Under the pieces are notes generated by a model that was not told where the DNA came from, ran no database searches, and was given only the letters and a program-made list of their open reading frames with translations. Shown piece after piece: positions 1 to 11,422 of a stretch of 64,000 bases of DNA (within the stretch, counting starts at the first letter, position 1; each line of letters begins with the position of its first letter). Source of the DNA: an uncultured Planctomycetota bacterium (lineage in GTDB: Bacteria; Planctomycetota; Planctomycetia; Isosphaerales; Isosphaeraceae). A program made the translations under genes and the position numbers. The stretch covers positions 256,001 to 320,000 of the forward strand of contig CAVTTN010000002.1 of assembly GCA_963737655.1 (NCBI GenBank). The letters are read 5' to 3'.

Positions 1-131
1 TCATGCTGATCTTCATCTTCATCCGGGTCCTGCCGGTGATCTCGATCGCCGAGATGCGCGAGCTCGTCGTCGAGACGGCCGAGGAGCACGGCACGGCCCA
101 CGGCGAACCCACCGTCGCGGTCACGTCCTGA
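1..131 (+). CDS. actC: Alternative complex III subunit ActC (NrfD-like), 3' end only
   Basis: Frame from nt 3 reads ...FIRVLPVISIAEMREL..., like ActC C-termini; TGA 129-131; directly upstream of actD-E-F. Confidence 0.7.
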   Translation, partial: MLIFIFIRVLPVISIAEMRELVVETAEEHGTAHGEPTVAVTS

Positions 132-145
132 GAGGAGCCCCGACG

Positions 146-694
146 ATGAAGCCCCGACCCCCGGCGCCTCTCTACGGCCTGATGGCCGAGTTCGAGGACA
201 CCGACCTCCTGATCCGGGCCGCCTACAAGGCCCGAGAGGACGGCTACCACCGGATGGACGCCTACACCCCCATGCCCGTGGACGGCCTGGCCGAGGCGAT
301 CGGCTTCACGAAGAACCGATTGCCCGCCCTGATCTTCTTCGGAGGGGCCACCGGCGCCATCCTCGGGTTCGCCATGCAATGGTACTCGGCCGTGATCGAT
401 TATCCCCTGCTCGTCGCCGGCAAGCCCCTGAATAGCTGGCCGCACTTCATCCCGATCACCTTCGAGCTGACGATCCTGATGGCCGCGTTCTTCGCCGTGT
501 TCGGGATGCTCGGCCTGAACGGATTGCCGAAACCCTATCACCCGGTCTTCAACGTCCCCCGGTTCGAGATGGCGTCCCGGAGCCACTTCTTCCTCGTCCT
601 CCACTCGGACGACCCGAAGTTCGACCGCTCGGCGACGAAGGTCTACCTCGAAGGGCTGGAAGGGGTCACGGGCGTCTATGAAGCCGAAATGTGA
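146..694 (+). CDS. actD: Alternative complex III subunit ActD (DUF3341)
   Basis: YGLMAEF...DAYTPMPV..., two TM helices, FIPITFELTIL motif; operon position. Confidence 0.85.
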   Translation: MKPRPPAPLYGLMAEFEDTDLLIRAAYKAREDGYHRMDAYTPMPVDGLAEAIGFTKNRLPALIFFGGATGAILGFAMQWYSAVIDYPLLVAGKPLNSWPHFIPITFELTILMAAFFAVFGMLGLNGLPKPYHPVFNVPRFEMASRSHFFLVLHSDDPKFDRSATKVYLEGLEGVTGVYEAEM

Positions 695-704
695 GGACCG
701 CTCG

Positions 705-1298
705 ATGATCGCCTCTCGAGCCCGCCGACCGGCCCGCTTCGCCCTCGCCCTCTCGGCGATGGCGATCGTCGGCTGCCATGCCGACATGTACGACCAACCG
801 AAGTTCGAGACCTACGCGCCCAGCACCCTGTGGAAGGACGGCTCCTCCTCCCGCCCGCTCGTCCCGGGGACGATCGCCCGGGGCGAGCTCCGGGCCGACC
901 GCCTCAAGTTCACCGGCAAGGGCAGGGACGGCAAGCCCGTCGACGAGTTCCCCTACCCGATGACCGAGGCGAAGATCAAGCGAGGCCAGGAAAGGTACAA
1001 CATCTACTGCACCCCCTGCCACGGGGCCACCGGGGACGGCCGGGGGATGGTCGTCCTCCGGGGGATGGCGCCTCCTCCCGCGTTCCATGACCAGCGGCTC
1101 CGGGATGCCCCGGTGGGACATTTCTACGACGTGATCACCAACGGCTACGGCAAGATGTACCCTTACGCCGCGAGGATCCCGGTGGACGACCGCTGGGCCA
1201 TCATCGCCTACGTCCGGGCGTTGCAGCTCCGCAAGAACGCCCGGGTCGAGGACCTCTCCGCCGACACCAGGACGCGCCTTGAGGGGGCCCCGCGATGA
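705..1298 (+). CDS. actE: ACIII monoheme cytochrome c lipoprotein ActE
   Basis: Lipobox-like IVGC followed by DMYDQPK; CTPCH heme motif; DRWAIIAYVRALQ; GAGGA before ATG 705. Confidence 0.85.
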   Translation: MIASRARRPARFALALSAMAIVGCHADMYDQPKFETYAPSTLWKDGSSSRPLVPGTIARGELRADRLKFTGKGRDGKPVDEFPYPMTEAKIKRGQERYNIYCTPCHGATGDGRGMVVLRGMAPPPAFHDQRLRDAPVGHFYDVITNGYGKMYPYAARIPVDDRWAIIAYVRALQLRKNARVEDLSADTRTRLEGAPR

Positions 1299-2473
1299 CC
1301 GCCGCACCCGGGCTTCCCCCGATCCTCCAGAGGCTCCGCCTCTTCGCCCTGGTCGCCGCCGTCGCGGGGCTGGGGCTGTGCGCCCTGGGGTTCCTCCTCG
1401 ACCCGTTGCAGTTCTACCGATCGTACCTGATGGCCTATTCGGCCTGGGTCGGCATCGCCGTCGGCTGCATCCCTTTGATGCTCCTGCACAACCTCGTGGG
1501 AGGCGATTGGGGCTACCCGATCCGTCGGCCCCTGGAGGCCGGGGCGCTGACCTTGCCGCTGATGGCCGTCCTGTTCCTGCCGATCGCCCTGGGGGCCCGG
1601 TCGATCTATCCGTGGACCAACCCCTCGTTGTTCCTCCATCACGAGTCGATGAAGTCGAAGCAGGGCTATCTGAAGCTGGGCTTCTTCGAGATCCGGGCGG
1701 CCGTCTACTTCATTTACTGGATCGGCCTGGCGCTGCTGCTCCGGTGGTCGTCGATGGGCCGCGAGAAGACCGGCCAGCCGTTGCCCGGCCCGTTGATGAC
1801 GGCGATCAGCGGCCCGTGCCTCTTCCTCTGGGTCCTGTCGATCTCGTTCGCCGCGACCGACTGGATCATGAGCCTCGAACCGGAATGGTCCTCGACGATC
1901 TTCGGCGCGATGTGGATGATCGGCCAGGGCCTGGCCAGCTTCGCGATGATGGTGGCGATCCTCAGCCTCACGATCACCCGGGGGAACCGGCCCGACGCCG
2001 CCTCCCCGGGCCAGCTCGGCGACCTCGGCAACCTGATGCTGGCCTTCGTGATGCTCTGGACCTACATGCATCTGTCGCAATTCCTGATCATCTACGCCGG
2101 CAACCTGAAGGAAGAGATCCCCTGGTACAACGCCCGGTCGCGAGGCGGCTGGCAGTGGGTGGCCACCCTGTTGTTCCTCTTCGAGTTCGGCCTGCCGTTC
2201 CTGGTCCTCCTGTTCCGCGAGGTGAAGCGGAAGGCCCAATCGCTGGGGCCGGTGGCGCTTCTGATCGTGATCATGCAGCAGGTGGCGGCATACTGGCTGG
2301 TCCGCCCGGCGTTCTCGCCCGAGAAGTTCTCGCTCCACTGGCTGGACCTGGCGGCTCCGGTGGGCCTCGGCGGGCTGTGGATGACCGCGTTCCTCTGGAT
2401 CCTGGGCAGGGCGCCGCTGGTCCCCGGCTATGCGCCCTCGCCCGCCGACGTCGAGCACGGGGAGGGGCACTGA
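1295..2473 (+). CDS. actF: ACIII membrane subunit ActF
   Basis: About 10 TM helices; DWIMSLEPEWSSTIFG and SQFLIIYAGNL.EE..WY motifs. Confidence 0.85.
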   Translation: MTAAPGLPPILQRLRLFALVAAVAGLGLCALGFLLDPLQFYRSYLMAYSAWVGIAVGCIPLMLLHNLVGGDWGYPIRRPLEAGALTLPLMAVLFLPIALGARSIYPWTNPSLFLHHESMKSKQGYLKLGFFEIRAAVYFIYWIGLALLLRWSSMGREKTGQPLPGPLMTAISGPCLFLWVLSISFAATDWIMSLEPEWSSTIFGAMWMIGQGLASFAMMVAILSLTITRGNRPDAASPGQLGDLGNLMLAFVMLWTYMHLSQFLIIYAGNLKEEIPWYNARSRGGWQWVATLLFLFEFGLPFLVLLFREVKRKAQSLGPVALLIVIMQQVAAYWLVRPAFSPEKFSLHWLDLAAPVGLGGLWMTAFLWILGRAPLVPGYAPSPADVEHGEGH

Positions 2474-2474
2474 C

Positions 2475-2900
2475 ATGAGCCACGAACCGCCGGCCGGAGG
2501 CCCGCCCGACCCCGGGCAGGCCCACGAGCCGAACACCGTCCCGATGAAGCCGCTGATGATCTTCGTGGCCTTCCTCGTCGGGGCCACGGCGATCGTCTAT
2601 GGGGTGATCCGGCTCCAGTTCGTCTACTACCGATCCGAACGGCCCGTGCCGACCGAGAGATCCGAACGGCTGCCCGCCCTGAAGGACGCCGGCCCCGCCC
2701 GCCCCAAACTCCAGGACGCGCCCGATTCCGACATGGATGCCTACCGCGAAACGCAGCTCGCCGAACTCCGCGCCGAACGATGGATCGACCGCAAGGCGGG
2801 CGTCGCCGAGATCTCGATCGACGAGGCGATGTCCATCCTCGCGAAGAAGGGCCTCCCCGCCCGGGGCTCCTTCTCCTCCGCGAAGCCCGGCGAGAAGTAA
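2475..2900 (+). CDS. ACIII-associated single-TM protein (ActG-like)
   Basis: One TM helix, P.P.LQ..P and WID......ISIDEAM motifs; lies between actF and sco. Confidence 0.55.
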   Translation: MSHEPPAGGPPDPGQAHEPNTVPMKPLMIFVAFLVGATAIVYGVIRLQFVYYRSERPVPTERSERLPALKDAGPARPKLQDAPDSDMDAYRETQLAELRAERWIDRKAGVAEISIDEAMSILAKKGLPARGSFSSAKPGEK

Positions 2901-2912
2901 GGAGTCCGCCCC

Positions 2913-3749
2913 GTGATCGCGCGAACCCTTCCGATCGGCCTGGCCCTGCTCGTCCTGTCCGCACCCCTGGCGCGGTCGGTCGAGACGCCGTCGGATGCCT
3001 CGGACGACCTGACCGCCCGGGTCGGCTTCGATCAGAAGATCGGGGCGCAGGCCCCGCTCGACGTCCGGCTCAAGGAAGACTCGGGCCGGGCCGTCCGGTT
3101 CGGCGAGGTCCTCTCCGGCCGCCCGATCGTCCTGGCCTTCGGCTACTTCGAGTGCCCGATGGTCTGCAACGAGGTCATCAACGCCATCACCCGGACCGCC
3201 CGGGCCCTGAACGGCACGGTCGGCAAGGATTATGACGTCGTCTTCGTGAGCATCAGCCCGCTCGAAGGCCCGGAACGGGCCCGACTGGCCAAGGCGAGGG
3301 TCGTCCGCCGGTACGACCGCCCCGGTACCGACGCCGGCTGGCACTTCCTCACCGGCGAAGATCCCGAGATCCACCGCCTGGCCTCGGCCCTGGGCCTCCG
3401 CTACACCTACGACGAAAAGACCCGGCAATACACCCACCCGGCCGGCGTGATCGTCCTGACGCCCGATGGCCGGGCGTCTCGCTACATCTTCGGGATCGAC
3501 TTCCCGCCCAGGAACGTCCGCCTGGCGCTCACCGAGTCGTCGGGCGGGAAGCTCGGCACGGTCGTCGATCAGCTCGTGCTGTACTGCTACCGCTACGACT
3601 CGGCCACCGGCCGGTACACGCTGGCGGTGATGAACCTCGTCCGCATCCTCGGGACCCTCACGGCCGTGACCCTCGCCGGGTCGATCGTCGTGATGATCCT
3701 TCGCGACCGCCGCCGGCAGTCCGCCCCGGCCGGCGTGGGCAACCCCTGA
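2913..3749 (+). CDS. SCO1/SenC copper chaperone
   Basis: ECPMVC (CxxxC), WHFLTG, conserved His in YTHPAG; precedes coxB. Confidence 0.85.
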   Translation: MIARTLPIGLALLVLSAPLARSVETPSDASDDLTARVGFDQKIGAQAPLDVRLKEDSGRAVRFGEVLSGRPIVLAFGYFECPMVCNEVINAITRTARALNGTVGKDYDVVFVSISPLEGPERARLAKARVVRRYDRPGTDAGWHFLTGEDPEIHRLASALGLRYTYDEKTRQYTHPAGVIVLTPDGRASRYIFGIDFPPRNVRLALTESSGGKLGTVVDQLVLYCYRYDSATGRYTLAVMNLVRILGTLTAVTLAGSIVVMILRDRRRQSAPAGVGNP

Positions 3750-3775
3750 CCGTCCCGGAGCGAGCAAGCCCACCC

Positions 3776-4749
3776 ATGTGGAACGTCCCTCTCTTCCCCG
3801 ATCAGGCCTCGACGCTCGCCGGCCGGGTGGACGTCGTCACGTTCGTCCTGCTGGGCGTCTCGGCCTTCTTCACCCTCCTGATCTTCTGGCAATTGCTCTA
3901 TTTCGGGATCAAGTTCCGCGCCGGCTCCGCGGCCAGCCGGGCCGGGCGGGTCAACGCCAATCACAAGATGGAATACGCGTGGATCGGCGGGACGTTCGCC
4001 CTCTGCGTGTTCCTCTTCCTGGTCTCCGCCCAGGTCTTCTACGACCAGTACGTCCCCCCGCCCGACGCGATGGACGTCTCGGTCGTCGGCAAGCAGTGGA
4101 TGTGGTACGTCCAGCATCCCGAGGGCCGGAGGGAGACCAACGAGCTGCACGTCCCGCTCGGCCGGGCCGTGAAGCTCAACATGATCTCGCAGGACGTGAT
4201 CCACAGCTTCTACGTGCCGGCGTTCCGGATGAAGCAGGACGTCTTGCCCGGCCGCTACACGTCCACCTGGTTCCAGCCCACGAAGACCGGCGAGTTCTAC
4301 CTGTTCTGCGCCGAGTATTGCGGGACCAATCACTCGTTGATGGGCGGGAAGGTCGTGGTGATGGAGCCGGCCGACTACGAGGCGTGGCTCTCCCGCCAGA
4401 CCGACGGCGGCTCCGGCGGCCCGGTCGCGGGCGGCTCGATGGCCTCGGTCGGGGCCCGGCTCGCCCAGCGGTATCACTGCAACGACTGCCACGGCCAGAA
4501 CACGACGGCCAAGGCGCCGTCGTGGGTCGGCATTTTCGGCAAGAACGTCCCGGTCAAGGACGGATCGGGCGTGAGGCTCGTGAAGGTCGACGAGCGGTAC
4601 ATCCGCGACTCGATCCTCACCCCCCAGGCCGAGGTCGTCGCCGGCTACGAGCCGAGCATGCCGAGCTTCAAGGGACAGATCAGCGAGGATGACCTCATGC
4701 AGATCATCGCCTACATCAAGACGCTCGGCCGGAAGACCGGGGGGATGCA

Positions 4750-4753
<4 letters not shown>
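3776..4753 (+). CDS. coxB: Cytochrome c oxidase subunit II with fused cytochrome c (caa3-type)
   Basis: DVIHSF and [12 protein letters not shown]uA ligands; C-terminal CNDCH heme motif. Confidence 0.95.
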
Positions 4754-7088
<2,335 letters not shown>

Positions 7089-7092
<4 letters not shown>

Positions 7093-7439
7093 CCACGACC
7101 CCCACCGAATCGGCCCATTCCGCGACGATCGAGACTCATCTCGACGTCCACATCATGCCGGTGCGCACGTACCTGATCGTCTTCGGCGTCCTGATCGCCC
7201 TGCTGGCCACGACGATCGGCGCGGCGTTCCTGCCGATCGGCGATTTCAGCCTGCCGCTGGCCCTGGGGATCGCCGCGACCAAGGCGATCCTGATCATGAT
7301 GTACTTCATGCACCTGAAATTCAGCAGCCGCCTGACCTGGATCTTCGCCGGGGGCGCCTTCTTCTGGCTCGGCCTCCTGATCGTGATCACCCTGGGCGAC
7401 TACCTCTCCCGAGGATGGCTGGCCGTGGACGGGAAGTAA
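7089..7439 (+). CDS. coxD: caa3-type oxidase subunit IV
   Basis: Three TM helices; IA..KA.LI..YFMHLK motif. Confidence 0.8.
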
Positions 7440-7479
7440 TCATTCGGACGGACCAACCGCCAGGACATTCAGACGGACC

Positions 7480-7637
7480 AACCGCCAAGACGCCAAGATC
7501 GCCAAGGGACGGAGAAGAGGAGAAAAGCCGAGAAGAGGAGAGAAGGCGAGAGAAGACGACAAGAGAATTCACGAATTCTTACTTTTTCTCTCTTCTCCTC
7601 TCCTCCGTCCCTTGGCGATCTTGGCGTCTCGGCGGTT
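7480..7637. repeat. Long palindromic intergenic repeat between convergent genes; possible bidirectional terminator
   Basis: AACCGCCAAGACGCCAAGATCGCCAAGGGACGGAG ... CTCCGTCCCTTGGCGATCTTGGCGTCTCGGCGGTT arms; ~25-bp tandem duplication at 7441-7491. Confidence 0.75.
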
Positions 7638-7649
7638 CGTTTTTTCCGA

Positions 7650-8885
7650 TTAAGCGGTCCAATCCGCCGAGCCGTCCCCCCGATACGCAAGGTTCCCGAG
7701 CTGCGCCGCCGAGGCCGCCGCCACTCCGGCCTCGACCGGCGCGTTGGGCACCTGTCGCGAGCGGACGCAGTCGATCCAGTTCGTCAGGTGGAGCAATTCG
7801 CCGTCGGGCTTGTCGTAGAAGTCGCGACCCCTCGCCGGATCGCTGCCCAGGATCATCGACTCGACCTTCCCCTTGCCTCGCTCGGGCGTGATGACGAACC
7901 CGCCGCGATCGGCCGTGAGCGTGCCCTCGGTGCCCATGAACTCGGCCATCGCCCCGTTGCGGGCGTTCGAGAACGTCCCCTCGAAGTAGACCTGCACGTC
8001 CTTCGGGTACCGCAAGAGGCACTGGATCGTATCGGGCGTCTCCCAGATCCCGGCCGAGGCGAAATGGTTGCCGATCGTGACCGCCCGCTCGGGGCGATCG
8101 ACGCCCATGAACCAGTGGGCGACGTCGATCCAGTGGACCATCAGATCGGTGAGCAACCCGCCGCCGAAATCCCAGAACCACCGCCAGTTGCGATAGCGGT
8201 ACTCGTCGAACGGCTGGTCTTTCGCATTGCCGAGGAATGCCTTCCAGTCCAGGGCTTTCGGGTCGAGCGACCCCGCGCCCGGCTTGGCGAACCGATCGCC
8301 CGTGTTGCGGTTCCACGTGAGATGGGCCTTGAAGACCCGGCCGATCCGCCCGGAATCGATCAGCCGCTTCGCCTCCTGGAGATGCGGCATGCTCCTCTGC
8401 TGCATGCCGACCTGGACGACCCTCCGGCCCCTGTCCTTCGCGGCGATGACCTTCGCCCCTTCGGTCAAATCGTGTGTCAAGGGCTTCTCGACGTAAACAT
8501 CCTTGCCGGCGTCGCACGCGTCGATGGTCATCGGCACGTGCCAGTGGTCGGGCGAGCCGATCAGGACGGCGTCCACGTCCTTGCGGTCGAGCAGCTCGCG
8601 GTACTCCTTCACCGCCAGCGAGTCGGCCCCGGCGATCTTCCGGGCCGACTCGCGATGGGCCTCGTTGATGTCGCAGACGGCCACCAGCTTCACGCCCGAG
8701 ACCGTCGCCAGGCTCCTCATGAGGGTCTGGCATCGGCCTCCGGTGCCGAGGCAGGCGACCCGAATCGTGTCGTTGGCGAGGTAGCCTCGGGCACTCTCGA
8801 CGGACGAGGCGCCGATCAGGGCCGTCGTCCCGGCCACGCCCATGCCTTCGAGAAATCGGCGGCGAGTCTCCGCAATCGGTCGCAT
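7650..8885 (-). CDS. Gfo/Idh/MocA oxidoreductase with Tat signal
   Basis: TRRRFL signal; PDHWH, KDVYVEKP, QVGMQQRS, NWRWFWDFGGG. Confidence 0.9.
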   Translation of the reverse strand: MRPIAETRRRFLEGMGVAGTTALIGASSVESARGYLANDTIRVACLGTGGRCQTLMRSLATVSGVKLVAVCDINEAHRESARKIAGADSLAVKEYRELLDRKDVDAVLIGSPDHWHVPMTIDACDAGKDVYVEKPLTHDLTEGAKVIAAKDRGRRVVQVGMQQRSMPHLQEAKRLIDSGRIGRVFKAHLTWNRNTGDRFAKPGAGSLDPKALDWKAFLGNAKDQPFDEYRYRNWRWFWDFGGGLLTDLMVHWIDVAHWFMGVDRPERAVTIGNHFASAGIWETPDTIQCLLRYPKDVQVYFEGTFSNARNGAMAEFMGTEGTLTADRGGFVITPERGKGKVESMILGSDPARGRDFYDKPDGELLHLTNWIDCVRSRQVPNAPVEAGVAAASAAQLGNLAYRGDGSADWTA

Positions 8886-9001
8886 CGGAAAGGCCCCGGG
8901 GAGAGGTCGTCGGCCGCCGCCGACCCCCGGCCGGCCCCTAGGCCCGACGAAGATCGTACCGTATCAGACCCCGAAGCCCCTGTCGATCGGCCGACGCCTC
9001 G

Positions 9002-9739
9002 TCAGGCGAGCGCCGGGCCTGTATGCTTCCGTCGTCGCCGGTTCCACCACGCCCCGATCGGCAGGCCCAGCCCGAGCAACGCCATCGACCCCGGCTCGGG
9101 CACGGCGTTCGGCTCCACGGTCACCAGGCCGGCGTTGAACGAGAAGCCGACGGTTCCGTTCGCGTCGTAGAACGTGGTCGGATAGGACGAGGCCAGGCCG
9201 ATCGTAAACGTATCCCCTACGCTGGCATTATGGATCTGAAGATTCAAGGTCAGGAGGAGTGAGGACGAGGTCGAGGAGATCGGCACGTCCGAGAAGTCGT
9301 TCGTCGAGTCCGTGGCGTTGAACTGGTCATTCAGGCTGCTGTCGGTCCCGTTGAAACTTCCGCTGGTCGAATTGACGACCTGCCCGATCGCGGATTGACC
9401 GGGGGCCGGGGGCATCGGAGGGAAATCCTGGCCGGCGCTGTTCATGTAGAAGACATAGCCGGGATTGCCCAGCTCATCGTCGGTCTGGGTCGGGAAATTG
9501 AGGAATCCGCCCTGGTTCGAGATGCTGGGCTGGATCAGCAGGCCAAGGCTGAACGTATTCAGGTATTCCGTCCCCGAAGAAGCGTGGATGATCACGTTCA
9601 CCGAGGCGGTGCCGTCGCCGGTCGTCGGATCGACGTGGATGATCGCGTCGGTCGGGACGTCGATCACCAGGTCGGCTCGGGCAGAAGCCGAAAGACCGAT
9701 CGCGAGGGACACCGCAGCCCAGAGGGATCGTCGAATCAT
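9002..9739 (-). CDS. PEP-CTERM exported protein
   Basis: Signal peptide; C-terminal AVPEPGS + TM helix + RRRRK. Confidence 0.85.
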   Translation of the reverse strand: MIRRSLWAAVSLAIGLSASARADLVIDVPTDAIIHVDPTTGDGTASVNVIIHASSGTEYLNTFSLGLLIQPSISNQGGFLNFPTQTDDELGNPGYVFYMNSAGQDFPPMPPAPGQSAIGQVVNSTSGSFNGTDSSLNDQFNATDSTNDFSDVPISSTSSSLLLTLNLQIHNASVGDTFTIGLASSYPTTFYDANGTVGFSFNAGLVTVEPNAVPEPGSMALLGLGLPIGAWWNRRRRKHTGPALA

Positions 9740-9893
9740 GGCGATAAATTCCCGCCGGGGAGGCTTGGGGAGGCTCGGGCGTCGTCGGCCGTCGCGTCGG
9801 GGTAGGGACCAGGCATGGCATCATCCTACCTCGCGCGGCGCGTTTCTCCAAGGCGTTCGGACGTGTATGATGCCAGCCGTCATCAATCCCCGG

Positions 9894-11318
9894 TCACGCC
9901 AGGATGTCCCGGACGATCTCGCCGTGAACGTCCGTCAGCCTCATGTCCCGGCCGCCGAACCGCATCGTGAGCCGCTTGTGGTCCATCCCGAGCAGGTGGA
10001 GCATGGTGGCGTGGAGGTCGTGGACCTCGACCTTGTCCTCGACGGCGTGATAGCCGTAGTCGTCGGTCGCGCCGTGGATCGTCCCGCCCTTGATCCCTCC
10101 GCCGGCCAGCCACATGGTGAAGCCGAACGGGTTGTGGTCGCGGCCGTCGGAACCCTGGGCCATCGGCGTCCGGCCGAACTCGCCTCCCCAGACGACCAGG
10201 GTCGAATCGAGCAGTCCGCGGCCCTTCAGGTCGATCAGGAGGCCGGCGATCGCGCGATCCACGGCCCGGGCGTTGTTCTCGTGGCCTTCCTTGAGGTTCG
10301 AATGCTGGTCCCAGCGGTCGCCGCCGACGGTGGGGCAGAGCACCTCGACGAACCGCACGCCTCGCTCGACCAACCGCCGGGCCGTCAGGCAATTCCGGGC
10401 GAACAGGCGGGCCGGCGGGTAGGGATCTTCGAGCCCGTAAAGCTCCTTCGTGGCCTTGGTCTCGCCGGAGATCGCGGTCAATTCGGGGACGGCCGTCTGC
10501 ATCCTCGCGGCCAGCTCGTCGTTGGCGATCGCGGCCTCGATCGCGTCGTGAGGGCCGATCCGCTCGACGACCCCGCGATCGAGCAGCTTCAAGAGCGCCC
10601 GCTTGCGAGACTGACCGGGTCCGGGCGTCACGTTGGCGATCGGGTGCTCGCCCGTCTTGAAAACGGACCCCTGATAGGTCGCCGGCAGGAAGCCGTTGCC
10701 GAAGCAATCGGCCCCGCCCGGGGGGATCAGGCCGCAGCTCAGCACGACGAACCCCGGCAGGTTCTCGCTCTCGCTGCCCAGGCCATACGTGACCCACGAC
10801 CCGTGGCTCGGCCGACCCTGGAGGCCCGAGCCGGTGTGCATGAAGTAGTTGGCGGCGGTGTGCTCGGAGAAATTCGCCGTCATCGACCGGACGATCGCCA
10901 TGTCATCGACGCACTTCCCCACGTTCGGGAAGAGGTCGCTCACGGGGATGCCGCTCCGGCCGTACTGGCGGAACTTCCAGGGGGACTTCAGCACCGTGCC
11001 GACGTTGTTGAACTGGGTGGGCTGGACCTTGGCCTGGATCGGCTGGCCGTGCTCGCGGTCGAGCCGGGGTTTCGGGTCGAAGGTGTCCATCTGCGACGGC
11101 CCGCCGTCCATGAACAGGAAGATCACGCTCCGGGCCTTCGCCGGGAAATGGGTGGGGCGCGGGGCGAGCGGGTCGGTTCGCGACGAGGGCTCGGCGGCCC
11201 GGCCCGATTTCGGGTCGCCCCACAAGGCCGCCAGCGCGAGCATGCCGAACCCGTTGGCCGACCGGGCCAGCATCTCGCGTCGATTCATCGGAACGGGCTG
11301 ATATCGTCCACAATGCAT
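9894..11318 (-). CDS. DUF1501 protein
   Basis: NRREML Tat-like leader; FLFMDGGPSQMDTFDPKP, GEFGRTP, GRDH. Confidence 0.9.
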   Translation of the reverse strand: MHCGRYQPVPMNRREMLARSANGFGMLALAALWGDPKSGRAAEPSSRTDPLAPRPTHFPAKARSVIFLFMDGGPSQMDTFDPKPRLDREHGQPIQAKVQPTQFNNVGTVLKSPWKFRQYGRSGIPVSDLFPNVGKCVDDMAIVRSMTANFSEHTAANYFMHTGSGLQGRPSHGSWVTYGLGSESENLPGFVVLSCGLIPPGGADCFGNGFLPATYQGSVFKTGEHPIANVTPGPGQSRKRALLKLLDRGVVERIGPHDAIEAAIANDELAARMQTAVPELTAISGETKATKELYGLEDPYPPARLFARNCLTARRLVERGVRFVEVLCPTVGGDRWDQHSNLKEGHENNARAVDRAIAGLLIDLKGRGLLDSTLVVWGGEFGRTPMAQGSDGRDHNPFGFTMWLAGGGIKGGTIHGATDDYGYHAVEDKVEVHDLHATMLHLLGMDHKRLTMRFGGRDMRLTDVHGEIVRDILA

Positions 11319-11328
11319 GGCGGACCTC

Positions 11329-11422
11329 CGTAGGGTGCATGAGATGCACCAACAAGCCGCGGCCGTCGGCCGGGAACCGACTGCAAACTCGGGGGGAATT
11401 GGTGCATTTCATGCACACTACG
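11329..11422. repeat. GTAG-type REP doublet (REPIN-like)
   Basis: CGTAGGGTGCATGAGATGCACC ... GGTGCATTTCATGCACACTACG inverted pair; same core recurs at 62692-62719. Confidence 0.7.
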
